From NCBI GenBank assembly GCA_004764695.1, contig SMSO01000032.1, forward strand, positions 6,108,483-6,172,482: a stretch of 64,000 bases of DNA, read 5' to 3'. Position numbers and translations under genes: made by a program. The notes beneath the pieces were generated by a model, which searched no databases, was not told where the DNA came from, and was given only the letters and a program-made list of their open reading frames with translations. The DNA comes from Schizochytrium sp. TIO01. Taxonomy: Eukaryota; Protista; Bigyra: Labyrinthulomycetes. Positions 22,593 through 34,888 of this stretch are shown here, one piece after another. Position 1 is the stretch's first letter; each line of letters opens with the position of its first letter.

Positions 22593-22950
22593 CTAGGAAT
22601 TAAGGATGAAGTGTATGTACACCTTTGTTTAAATTCCTCTCCCGTTAAAGTGATATATCGAGGTATTTTAGGATTGACCGAAATAGGGGCTGCTGTGATA
22701 TCTTTACCAGTTTCGGAGCTTACAATGACTTTTCAGATTCCTGAGACCCCGAGGGCCAAGTCTTTTGTTGGCTAGATGAATAGAAGAATGCGTGAGTAGA
22801 TGGACCGCCCGCCGGAAAAACGGCACGATCGAGGTCCGCCGACGGCTTTGCAGTGCCGTTCACCACTCGCTTTGCGGAAGGTAGTCCACGATCCAGACTC
22901 CTGCCGTGCTTTTCTTCACCCAGGACCGCTTCGCCGCTACACAAGCGTAC
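22593..22950 (-). other. Probable 5'-UTR intron of the LTA4H-like gene
   Basis: Minus-strand GCAG|GTACGC donor at 22950. TTAATTCCTAG acceptor ends at 22593, 5 nt before the ATG. Confidence 0.55.
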
Positions 22951-24759
22951 CTGCGATCCAGATCTAGTGCTTTGATCGCGTCTTTTTGTCTCGATGACGT
23001 TCGTTCTCTTTTCCTCTTTTTCTAATCTTCTTTCCTTTTATACAAAATCAGCGTATTAAAACTAGCTAGGTAGTACTACCGACCTACCTGAGTTCTTTTT
23101 CCTTTCACCATTTCGCCCTAGTGCTATTGATTACCATAACATGACCCTTAGGAGAAATTGCCATCGAAAGTTTCTTATTTTCTTTTGTTCCGGATGTTCT
23201 CCCTTGTTCCACACGTTCTAACTCTAAAACATGGTGCTTCGTATGCCTTACCAGGAGTGAGTGAGGGCTTTCGGCCCAAGCACTGCATAAGTCTCAGTTT
23301 CGCTAAGCTTGCTGCGCGTAAACCATGCATTTTGCTCGCGCCGCCTGGCTTTGTTGTGGCTGGAGGTATTGACTGGTCGGGTCGGGTTTGCGGCTTTGTT
23401 TTTGTGCTGGGTAGGCGGCAATTGGAAAGAATAGAATTGGGGTTGCGCAGCTATCAATCAACAGTATTAGTGCAGTAGGAGGTAGTACTTGTGGGGTGTG
23501 GCATTCAGGTTCATTTGTGACCACGTGCAAGGGCGAATCTATATAGCAGTATTTGGCTTTTTAACCTGCACTTGTTCAGATTGCCGAGCCTCCTTTATTT
23601 GATCGCTTGCAGATTGACTTTATACTTCTATACATATATCTCACAGGCCCATATTGTACATATACTCGTGCAACTAGAGGCATTCAGCATGTGATCACAC
23701 GCAAGACACGACTTCATTGTGATGTTCTTGAGTGGAGCTGAGATAGCATATTTCTAACGCTATCTAGGTACCTAGGTGTCTTGCTACCTAGTAGGTTGTA
23801 AAAATTCAATGGGAACTAGTACTGCAGGACTGAGTTTGACGTGTAAGCAGTTATAAGAAATTGTGAGCGTTACGAAAATATGGTTGGGCGCTCGCTACAC
23901 TGTAGAGCGTCTCGCAATGAGGAGAATATTTCACATACGCTCCAGACATGCATGTATGATGGAGACCTCGTTTATTATGAATTACTTTGGTGCAAAATTA
24001 AGCAAGGAAACCTAGAAATTGTGTTTGACTTTCTGGACACAGATTTCAAGGGAGTTCGCTAGCTATGCATTGTGCTGCGTGGCAAGACGAAGAGAAAAAC
24101 CAGCGGTAGAAATAGCAAGTGTGTTTCAAAGATGATTAATTCCTACTAAAGACAAATGAAGGAGTATGAAAGGAGGAGATGAACGGCTGGCACCGGTTAA
24201 AGCAGACTTCAATATGAAAGGCGGCATCAAAATTCCATGAGCGTAGTAACTGAGATAAATCTTGGAGAAAGAGCCTATCTATAATCTACTTCACGTGAGC
24301 GTATTAGGAGAGCGTATTTGATAACTAATCCATCACATTTGAAGAAGAAAATGGGTAGGAGGTAAAATGTTCATTCTAGGAAAATGTTTCCTTCTTTGTC
24401 GTTGAGGATACAGGGTCAATTCTACATATAATGAGAGGAAGAATAGAAATGTATAGGGAAGAGATAGAAAAGCGGCGGTATAAACAGGCGAGCAAGAATG
24501 TTATTCAAAACATCTGATTCGAAAGAATGGTTTTGTATGAAGGGGGGGGTCATTTCTCCTCCAATCATTCCTCACCATCTCGAAGCGCGCCGGGTGTGGA
24601 AAGGCTCATAGGAGCAACTCTATGGCGTCCAGAACGAGACCAATAGGGTGTATTATTGAGTTGTACAGCTGTCGTTAAAGCTGTCGAAGTTCCGTTTGTT
24701 GTCATTGTGGCTTGTGAGTTTGAATATTAGAGACTAGATATGGCATAAGGTTCGCCATT

Positions 24760-25686
24760 TCATGAACGGCTTACCCGCTCAAACTTGTCTCCCTCATCAA
24801 GCTCGTATGCTGGTAGAGATGAATCCCCCCGAACGAGTTTGGGATTCTTCTGTGTTGTGTGAATTGACCCTAGTGAGGTGTAGCCCTCGTCGTACAACTT
24901 GCAGTACTCGAGCTCGCATCCTCGCAAAAATGCCCAAATTGTACGGTAAGACCAGTTGAGAATGGGATTAATTCGAACAATATCGGGCCACCCTGGCGAG
25001 CAGTGCTCAAAGTGGTTCAGGTTGACAGCATAAGGGTCGGTCCGACGCTGGCCCATCAGCACCGCCTTGATGCCAGACGACTCCATCATGGCCAAACCTT
25101 CCTTGTAGGAACTCGGGTAGACGTCTACCGTAATTCCGTAAGTGGCTTTGATCTGGTCTACGAAGGCGTGCATCTCAGGGAACTCATCGACCTTCTTAAA
25201 GTAGACAACCTTGAAGGCAGAGAGTCTGCGATCAGGCCTGCATCCAGGGAACTTCTCCTCAAGCACGACACGGAGAAGATGCAGAACGACGGTGCAGTCT
25301 TTGCCTCCGTTGAAGGAAAGCGCAAGCTGGTTGAACTCGTACTTATTCAAGGCCTCGCGTAGCACATCGAGACTTTCATGAATCTCGTCTTTAACCTTAC
25401 AGTCCACGCCCGCCAGCATGGATTCCAGCTTGGGTCCAAGCGGCGACGACTGCTGATCACACGTGGCAGATGAAGACGATTCCAAAGGAGCTGAGGGCGA
25501 GGGCGGGGAGGGTACGGACTCAGGCGCGTGGAGAGGCGTGGAGGGCATGGTCATGGTGGTCGTCATTGTGGGCTCTGAAGGCAGTGTCGATGCGGTGTTC
25601 GAGGCTCCCTGGGCTGCTTCCGAGGGCGTGCAAGAAAACGAGGACGCGTCGAGAGCTTCGCAAATGCTTTCCTCCGGCACGGGCAT
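24760..25686 (-). CDS. FAD1: FAD synthetase (FMN adenylyltransferase, PAPS-reductase fold, yeast Fad1-like)
   Basis: SFNGGKDCTVVLHL, MGQRRTDP, RINPILNW and LYDEGYTSLG. The first in-frame ATG is at 25686. Confidence 0.92.
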   Translation of the reverse strand: MPVPEESICEALDASSFSCTPSEAAQGASNTASTLPSEPTMTTTMTMPSTPLHAPESVPSPPSPSAPLESSSSATCDQQSSPLGPKLESMLAGVDCKVKDEIHESLDVLREALNKYEFNQLALSFNGGKDCTVVLHLLRVVLEEKFPGCRPDRRLSAFKVVYFKKVDEFPEMHAFVDQIKATYGITVDVYPSSYKEGLAMMESSGIKAVLMGQRRTDPYAVNLNHFEHCSPGWPDIVRINPILNWSYRTIWAFLRGCELEYCKLYDEGYTSLGSIHTTQKNPKLVRGDSSLPAYELDEGDKFERVSRS

Positions 25687-28600
25687 GCGGGCGTGTGCGG
25701 GGAAGGCGCTTTGGAGCGCTGGCCTGCGGCGCAAGGGTCTGAGTGATGATCTGTTATGTATTCCAATCTCCAATCCCTCTCTGTTTACATGTCTCCTCAA
25801 TTATTACAATTGAGAAGTACTTTTCAATTTCCCTTCTTTGTTCTATATGTGAGTGCATTCATTTACAGGAATAGACTCTTTTTCTTTCTTTTTTTTCCTC
25901 AAAGACTGAAATTAAAAAATAGATAAAATAAAACTACGCAAAAATGAGGTTTACAATGAGGTTTTGATAAGCGCAGAATAATAATAATTGTTTTGTTGTT
26001 GGGATTATTTGCTTGAATAGGGCGCCTAAAAGCTGCACGCAAATGCTCAGAAGTTCTGCCAAAAAAGGCGCCCACGTCTGTGGAAACCCGTCAAAAGCCG
26101 AGGCAAATGCTGCTCGACTCAACGTGAGGCAGGCCTTCTGTCACTTTCTAGTCCGTGCATGCGTGACGCAGAGACACTTCAAAGTTCTTGCGCACAAAGA
26201 CGCCACGCGAGGTCGAGAATGGGATTGTTTTGCTGCCGATTCTGCATCAAAAATGAAAAGTGACGCGGCCTTGTGAGCGAATCACTAGTGGTCCCACTTA
26301 GCGTTAAAGCTAGCTAGCCGAGTTTTCTTTTTGGCTTTGTTTCTGTTTTCGAGGAGGCTCATTAAACAACTTCGACTGCCTAACAGTACCTTATCAGGCA
26401 CATAGCCAACCCTAAGCGAATAAGAATACCAGCACCTATTTTAAAATTTAAAAAAAAAAAAATAAAAAAATATATATATAAAATTATGGGAAAAAGGTAC
26501 TATTCTTTTCAAGTTATTTCACCTATACTATTAAAATGGGTTGTTCAGTCGGAGGAGGAGTTCATTTCATTTCTCCGCACGCGATTGAATGCGGGGGTCT
26601 CCGAGGAAGTGAGTTTAAGACGAGGTCATTGTCGCATAAATGAGCCCATGAACTGCGCAAATTAAGGGTCGAGTGCCACGATTTGCAGTTATCATCCTCG
26701 ACTGCACTATCATTCGTCTCGATCCCTTTCGAAACCAGTGCCTGCAATTCTCCTTTTCTTTTCGCCTCTTTTCTTTTTTGTTTTGTTTTCTTTTGCTTTG
26801 TTTTCTTTCTTTTCTTTTCTTTCTATTGTGCTTTCCCTTCAGAAAAGAAAGAAAATGAGATAAGTTAAGTCATTTCACTCTTCTTTTGTCGTGGCCAAAC
26901 AAACCTCTGCATCGAATAAATCGCGTGCTTTCTTGAACTCTCCCCACGAAAGCCGCGCATTTTCCAAACATGCGTGTCACCATCGTCCTCTCTGTAAGCT
27001 CCCATCAACTTCAACCTCGCATCAACGGGGAAAGAACGAAACGCAGTGTAAACACGGCACGGCACTGCTGCACTGTGCTTTTCTTTTTTATTCACTTTTC
27101 CGCTGCAGTCGCACACCACGCGGGCTACACGGTGTCCCTTAAGAGCCGCGCCCCCGCGCATCTCTTTCCTCCCTTCGCCTCCTCATTCCTGTCCTTCACA
27201 AGATACAACACAGGCGGCGCCATGAAAACGGTGCAAAATACCGACGGGAGCGATCGATGTCGCGCATATTGGAGCTCCCTGAGCTACGGCCTTTGGCCTT
27301 TAAATGCGGCTTTCTTGGAGTCTTTCTGGGCAACGTTCGATATCATAAGCCGTCGCACGGTTTTTAGGATTCCAGGTTTTACAAGTAAGTCTTAAATGGG
27401 CAGGACAAAGAAGAGTCTCAGAATTCCCGCGCGAACCCTATTAGGGGACTGGGGGGAGTGGGGCAAATACGGGACTGCGTGAAACTCGCGCAAATCTGCT
27501 TGGAGAAAAGCCGTCTCTTTCGAAGTCACAGTTTATTGGTTTGATTGTAGATTGCGAGCGACACGAATTGTGGGACACCTGGTGCTGATTGCTTTACCTT
27601 CGAGGCGACCTTGGGTGTCTAGCGTGATCACGAAAACTTCAGGTCATGAGTTTCCAAATGCAATTTGGGCTGGCCTGCTCTCCGGGATAGTAGGACACGA
27701 AGTTGCGCAGGGTATTACTGTGCAGGGGCCGAATGGAATTTCTACAGGAGACAATTCTATGCAACATAAGATTCCCTGTGCGGTCTTTTCTTAAAGTAGT
27801 ACATATTTTATGTTATAGACTAAAAGAAGAAGGAAGCCTTTTATACATTCAAAAAGATGTTAATGTAAATCGTTCCTGTACATAATACTATTGTAAGGCG
27901 ATCAAAGTTTATTGTTATTTTTCGTGTTTTGATCCATCATTGTAAACCAATGGAAAATATATTTGACCTTTTGCACCGGTCAGAAGAGCTTTGGATTTTT
28001 GCTAGTCTGTGATAGCGCTCGTCTGACTTATCCTTTTGGTCACAGTTACGTTAAAGCAGTGTTCCATGTTGCTAGATATTAGTGAATCAATGAGGATTCA
28101 TGCGAAGTCAGAAAAGACCACGAATTAAACTTATTTGCAATATGTTTCTTTTGCATAAACTACTTCGTCCTCCAGATGCGGCTTTTGAGCAATCCCGAAT
28201 GCCCACATGCTTAATTATGTCATATCGCTTGCTATCCTAATAAATTGTAATTCTACTACAGGCTCCTATCGTTGCCCAAGTTCCCGTCAACTTGCAGTAT
28301 AAAAGGAACAACTTCTGAATCCTTCCAAAATCTCAAACCAAGGCGGTGCCTAGAAAAAGTAAGATTTTGCCATCTGATACAGTGCGCATATTTGCCCGAG
28401 AGTCAATGTTAGTATAACAATATCTACCATAAACAATAGAAGTGCGCAAACATCCAAGAGTACTACACTCTCAATTGTCAGCGGCGTTTCTTGTTAGTCG
28501 CTATACGACGAAGCCTATTGTGACTTCAAGTTAGATTTGTGTATCCTCAGGCTGGCGGGTGCTGAGGAAGAGAACTGAGGAAGCGGGGATTGTTTAGTTT

Positions 28601-30425
28601 TGTTAACTTCACGCACAAAATTCTAAGACTTCGCAGAGGCCAAACATTCTCAGCTCCCCAACTTTTGTTCTGCCTTCTCATTAGTTTGTCGACTTGGGTT
28701 CCATCAATGTCGTGAAAGATGCTCTCTTCCAGGATATCATATAGAATATTTAAAAGACAAGACACAACATTTTGATAGTACCTGGATGGGGACTCTCGAC
28801 TTGAGAGTCAAGTTTATATCTACCTGACTTCTACATATTTCTTTAAAACTTTTCAACAGTATAGAGAACATAATATTACAATGCTCTCCTTTCGTAATTA
28901 CAATTAATAATGTATAAAAAGAATAATATAGAGTTTGCAAGATTGTAATATTGCAATCTCTTCTTAATGGATTAAATGCACGATCTCAATCGGAGCACCA
29001 CATATCAAGTAGTACCTCCGCTATATTCAGAAAATGAGTCAACGGTTTTAGGTAACGAGATTGACGAGGACAAATATTATGATGTCAACGATGGCATCAG
29101 AGTAGATTTTTGACGCAAGTGATTCCAGATTTGTCCCTACTATGCTGTGACCAGTTAAAGGTGACAATCGTATCTTCTCTTTTATTTTTTAACCCTTGTC
29201 TTATTGCATTTACAAACGTATCTTGCACAATAATGGGTTTCGTCTGATAGTCTCCAGAAAGTGGCAGGCCTCAAAACTCGAACATATTGATCTGTTCACA
29301 GGTAACTTGCTAAGCTTAAACGTTCAAAAGTGCTCAGAGCATATGATCTCCTACGGGACCCTCCTCTTGAAGAAGGCGTGGGAAGTATTACAAGACATCC
29401 AGAATGTTTTTAGAAAACGTTACAACTCAAACAAAAGTTGGGTTTTTCTTATACTCCTCAACAACAGACATTTTGGCTTTTTGGTCCACCAATCTGCCAC
29501 GGCCAATAAGTTATAAATACCGGGAGAGTTGAAAGATCGTCTGTGTCATAAAAACTCAGATCTTCATGTTACTAAATAGCACCTAGTACCTATGATTTGT
29601 GCTATCAGTGTGTAGCTCTCTCTATAGGTGCTCGTACCACCACTACCGAACCAGAGAACTTTTCTAAATGGGGATCGCAGCGGAAGGCAATCTCAGCCTG
29701 TAAAATCTGAATCTATATATCACCCCCCATCCGCGAAACGAGCATATCGGCTACGGCCCATGGGTATACAAAACCATCTTCAGCTCTTAGTAAGCGCGCA
29801 CCTTTTATTCGCGGAGAATGGTTGCAGCGCCTAGCTAGTGTAATTATTCCCGCCTCCTAGGAAGCGACCACTGAACAATAATAATGGGCCTAGGAAAAGA
29901 GACGTTGAAGAAGAATCACCACATTGTAAAAGCCGAGGCAATATTGTCAGAGCTATCTAGCTAGAGGCGCAAAAAGATCGAGCATGCTTCGCTTGCTTGA
30001 GATCCATCAGTATATCTAGCTATAGGTGCTTTAAAACAACATCCTTCCCTCTTTGGGTGCCAGAATACCACTCTTGAGCAATCGTGAAGTAAACTACCCT
30101 CGCGACAACGAATCAATCAATCATTCCATCAATCAATTAAATTATTCATTCAATCTTCGGCCCACTGTTATGAGAAACAAAAACTACCCTTCACATATTC
30201 CATAAACTTCACTTTCATTGAACGCCCCACAATCATATTCATCCCTTCACAGCTTTTCCTGTAAACGCGCCCTCGGTTCAATCAGACACTGACATACCTT
30301 GCGTGTGCATGGCCTTCGACTTGATCAGCCATTCATTCGACCTGCGACTGCGGCGTTGAGGCGCAACTTTGCTCTGCACGGCGTGCGGATATTCTTCTCC
30401 TCGGCGCTTCTACTGGCTCGGAATC

Positions 30426-30469
30426 AAACAACTCTGAAGTTGATCATGAAACAACTTTGAAGTTGATCA
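30426..30469 (+). repeat. 22-bp tandem duplication
   Basis: aaacaactctgaagttgatcatg followed by aaacaactttgaagttgatca. Confidence 0.8.
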
Positions 30470-31917
30470 CAATTATCACCTCCACGATCATTATCGTTCT
30501 CTGCAACATTAAGTACCTACTTACAACTTCTGTGGGTGGTGCGTCTAATATCCAATCTCACCACAGCACATCATCATTGGCAGAGCAATCAACCTGTTGC
30601 TATCTAACGCAACGCAATACTTCTCAAGAATGATCGTTATCCAGGTTTTGCTAGCTGTATCTTCTTCGGAGTGGAATACGACATGGAGTTAAAGAGCTGC
30701 TTCTCTTTGTGCATCGCAGACAAGGCTGACGAGATCTGTTTGAGGACTTTTAAGCGTGGGATTCTCTGGCCTAAAGTTGCATAAAACCCAACCCAATCGA
30801 GGTCCAGCTTGCTCAACCAAAGCGAATAACCAACCTCCTTGAAAGAATCTAAATCAAGATTGTAGTGGATAATTCTTCGTAGATCACCTTCAAGAATTCT
30901 TGAGACGCAGCATTTTCATGAACAGGCCTTGGTAATAGCTATGAAACATACCCAACCTTGAGATTTGAGAAGAAATTTATATGTGGGGAATCGCAGCTTC
31001 TTCTCAAGTTTGGCATCATAGAAACAATAAAATCTGAAAGAACTTGGGTTTCGGCAAATCGAGGATAGCATTTACGATGGTAGAGTACTAATATGACAAG
31101 ATTGAAGAATGTATCGAACTAGCCGTTCATGCCGTAGCAACTTGGATCGACAAGCGACTTCCAACCCATGGCAGGGTGTTGTTGTTGATGCTAATGCTTT
31201 TTCCTACTAGATCAGTAAAGACGTATATTTGCAGATTCAAGCAATTACTTATGATGGACCTGCGACAATGCTGCTGATTATGATGATGGATGACCAAGTT
31301 GCCAAAATCGTAGCGAAAACTCGCCTACTCAGACACCCCTTCTGTCCCTTCGTTCCTGAGACACCCATGCAACAACCTGATTAGATTGTGATACAGGGGG
31401 GTACATTACCTAGAATGCCGTGTCTTCTAATTTCGTGAAATAAAACACAGGTTGTCTGTCTTGTACAGCTTGAGAGAGTTCTTCCCATTGGCGCAAAATT
31501 GAGACAGAATATTGTTTCTCGAAGAAAGAAACACGGCCAGAGAATGACGCAGCACATGACTCGGAGGCAGCCAGCTGCAGGTTCTTCGGGCCAGCGTTGA
31601 TGGAAATAGGTAAGAGAAGGCGAGTTCTTCTTGGAGTTCTTCGCGATGATAGCTGATGAGAATAAAAAAAGTAAAAAACAAAACACTTCATCGATAGAAG
31701 AAAAAAGAAATCATAGGCACTAATCTGTGTGATCTTTTTCCACCTTTTCTTCTCCGCGAAGTCGCAGGCCAAGCAAGCCCCGTGCCAGCCATGGCTCAGC
31801 CTGAAGAGCGCTGTCGGTCTCTGCGCAAATAGTCCTTAGCCACGCTTATTTTCAGGAACCGATCGCTTGCTCAAGGCTTTGACCAGGTCGATCCGCAAAT
31901 CAATCTATCCTCTTCGT

Positions 31918-31946
31918 CAAATTGCAAATTGCAAATTGCAAATTGC
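31918..31946 (+). repeat. (GCAAATT)n heptamer repeat
   Basis: caaattgcaaattgcaaattgcaaattgc. Confidence 0.85.
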
Positions 31947-33100
31947 GTGAAAACTTTGCATTCTTCTTTTTTAAATACTTAATTAAAACACACTCCATAG
32001 GTAAGAACATACTAGGCTTACCTACCATAAAAGAAGGCCGTAAGAGCTTTGTTTGCTTTAATAAAACTTCAATAAATATATCACAACTTTTTTCAACCTA
32101 TTTTACAACTAAACCCTCTTTACGCTAAACAGTAACCCCTCCAACTTTAAAATAAATAGAAAGAAAGTTTCCCGCTCAGGCTGCGACTTCAGTGGTGTTC
32201 CCCCCGTTCCCATATACTATTATAGTCAAGGATATCCTAGTTATCTCGTTGTTCCCGAAGGATGCCTCATTAAGCCCTCATAAAGAACCTGCCAGAACGT
32301 CAATATACGAGGATATCCTTGCTTAGCGCGGGTGGCCACGAGAACCGCGGAATCCCTGGCTCCGCCACAGTAGGAGTTACCTATTGTATACTTTAGCCCT
32401 CGCCTCTTAATCTGTTTCTTTTTTCTTGTCTTCTCGCTCTGTTTTCTTTTCTGTAATTCTCCCTTTATTTGTATGAGATGGTGTGACGATTGATAGTTGA
32501 CTTTGCAGGGTGGTTTCTCTACTTGCTGGGCATTTGTTCGACTATCTGCGTATTTGTTGCAGTATAGAGCGAATGTTTGTTCCACTTGCTCCAAAAATAT
32601 GTTTCACTTGGCTCCACTCGATCGATCGATTTTTGAATTTATCTATCGATCAACGGAGCGCACGCAGGGAGCGCAAGATCGACGATCTACGCTCGTTTGA
32701 CGTATTTCCCTCTGCCCTGCTAGTATTGGCGCCCTCAACGCCACCTGCAGTCCCTCCTGGCCTGCTCGACACGGCTCTCCAAGGTCTGCCTGGTCCCAGC
32801 CGCAGCGAAGCCCGTGAGGTCCGCAGAATCCATCTGTAATCGCTGGTAGAAAGAAATAGGCAAAAAGCAGAGAGGTCCTTCTCGCTACAAAACCAAAACC
32901 AAATCCAAATCCCAATCGCGCAGCCGACGTCTCATAGACGCCGCAGACAGCGCCAGCAGCACTAGCAGCACCAGCGGACTCCCGTTCTCCCGTCGGTGTC
33001 CTGAGCGTATAGAGAGTAGTAGACGCGAGTCTCGCTCTCCACCCAGACCCTGATCTTTTGATCCTTTGGTTTGAAACTTGAAATCACCAAACCCAGCACC

Positions 33101-34888
33101 ATGTGGCCCTTCAGCAAGTCCTCCACCGAGGAGACCGAGCCCTCTGACGCCGCCAAGGCTGCTCTCAACGCCGCCGCTGCCGCTCCCGCCGCCGTCGCTG
33201 CCAAGTCTGCCGATGAGGCCGCTGGCAAGATCTTCGCCGACGACGCCAAGGATGAGGCTGCCAAGCCTGAGGCTGGCGCCATGCGCGGCTTCGACCCCGT
33301 TGCCCTCGAGCGTGCTGCTAAGGCTGCTCGTGAGCTCCAGGGCCTCGAGTATGCCGCTGAGGCCGTGAACATTGCTAAGATGAAGGAGGAGCGCCGTGCC
33401 AAGCAGGCAGAGGCTGAGGCTGAGTCCATGCGCGCCCGCCAGAAGGCCTTCGAGGTCGAGCAGGGCCGCGTGCAGGAGCAGGAGCGCCGTACCACTCTGC
33501 AGCAGGACCACAAGCTCAAGCAGGAGCAGGCCTACTATGCTGACCAGCTCAGCCGTAAGCGCCACCAGGACCAGATGGCTGCCCAGAGGCAGATGCAGGA
33601 GCAGCAGCTCAAGCGCGAGGAGGAGTTTCAGCTTCGCGTTGAGAGCATGAAGCGCCAGACCGCTGAGTACGAGAGCAAGCTCCGCAAGGAGACCGAGCGC
33701 GCTCGCGTTGAGGCCGAGATGGCCGGAAAGGCCGACCAGGAGCGTAAGAACTGGGACCTCCACATGCAGCGCAGCCAGATGCAGGCTCGTGAGATGCGCA
33801 CTACCGTGCTCGAGTCTGTGCGCGAGTCTGGACGCATCATCGGCGATGGTGTCAACGGATTCCTCCACGACCGCGAGAAGCTCGGCACCACTGTCGGACT
33901 CTTTACTCTCCTTGCCGCCGGTATCTACGGTGCCCGCGTCTCCACGGGTGTTCTCGGACGCTACGTGGAGGCTCGCATGGGCAAGCCCCCTCTCATCCGC
34001 GAGACCTCCCGCCGCTCCCCGGTTGAGGCCATCACTAGCCCTATTGCCTCCCTCAAGCGCCTTGCTGGTGGCAGTGGCAATGCTCTCGACGGCGTCGTCG
34101 TTGAGCCCAAGCTCCAGGAGCGCCTCTCCAACCTCGCCCTGACCACCCGCAACACCAAGAAGAACGGTGCTCCCTACCGCCACGCCATGCTCCACGGTCC
34201 CCCTGGTACCGGTAAGACCCTCTTCGCAAAGCAGCTCGCCCAGGCCTCTGGTATGGACTACGCCATCCTCACTGGTGGTGATGTCGCTCCCCTCGGCCGC
34301 GACGCCACCACTGAGATGCACAAGCTCTTTGACTGGGCTAACACCTCCCGCCGCGGCGTCATCGTATTTATCGATGAGGCTGATGCCTTCCTCCGCAAGC
34401 GTACTGAGGGCAACATCTCTGAGGACCTCCGTAACGCCCTTAACGCCTTCCTTTACCGCACCGGTACCGAGAGCAAGAACTTCATGGTTGTCTACGCTAC
34501 CAACGAACCTGAGCAGCTTGACTGGGCTATTAACGATCGTACTGATGAGCTTATCCCCTTCAACCTCCCGGGTGCCGCTGAGCGTGAGCAGATGCTCAAG
34601 CTCTACTTCGACAAGCTCATCGTCAACAACACCAAGAGTGCTAACGCTGGTATGTTCGGAGGCCCCCAGCAGATCAACATCGATGGTGTCGACTCCGAGA
34701 TGCTCTCTTCCATCGCCAAGAAGCTCGAGGGATACTCTGGCCGTGAGATCTCCAAGCTTGTTATCGGCTGGCAGGCTGCTGCTTACGGCTCTCATGACTG
34801 CACCCTCAACAAGGCTCTCGTTGACCGCGTCTTGGACAACAGCCTTGAGCAGCACATGACCAAGATGAAGTGGGAGGAGCGCGCCTAA
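33101..34888 (+). CDS. ATAD3: ATPase family AAA domain-containing protein 3 (mitochondrial ATAD3)
   Basis: FDPVALERAAKAAREL N-terminal signature, coiled coil, TM segment, GKPPLIRETSR, Walker A GPPGTGKT, Walker B VFIDEADAF and SGREISKL. Very strong C/T/G-ending codon bias. ATG at 33101. Confidence 0.95.
   Translation: MWPFSKSSTEETEPSDAAKAALNAAAAAPAAVAAKSADEAAGKIFADDAKDEAAKPEAGAMRGFDPVALERAAKAARELQGLEYAAEAVNIAKMKEERRAKQAEAEAESMRARQKAFEVEQGRVQEQERRTTLQQDHKLKQEQAYYADQLSRKRHQDQMAAQRQMQEQQLKREEEFQLRVESMKRQTAEYESKLRKETERARVEAEMAGKADQERKNWDLHMQRSQMQAREMRTTVLESVRESGRIIGDGVNGFLHDREKLGTTVGLFTLLAAGIYGARVSTGVLGRYVEARMGKPPLIRETSRRSPVEAITSPIASLKRLAGGSGNALDGVVVEPKLQERLSNLALTTRNTKKNGAPYRHAMLHGPPGTGKTLFAKQLAQASGMDYAILTGGDVAPLGRDATTEMHKLFDWANTSRRGVIVFIDEADAFLRKRTEGNISEDLRNALNAFLYRTGTESKNFMVVYATNEPEQLDWAINDRTDELIPFNLPGAAEREQMLKLYFDKLIVNNTKSANAGMFGGPQQINIDGVDSEMLSSIAKKLEGYSGREISKLVIGWQAAAYGSHDCTLNKALVDRVLDNSLEQHMTKMKWEERA

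Noticed and set aside
32885-34855. 656-aa antisense ORF overlapping ATAD3
   Set aside because: It is explained by ATAD3 avoiding TTA/CTA/TCA codons. The product has no recognisable motifs and starts at GTG.
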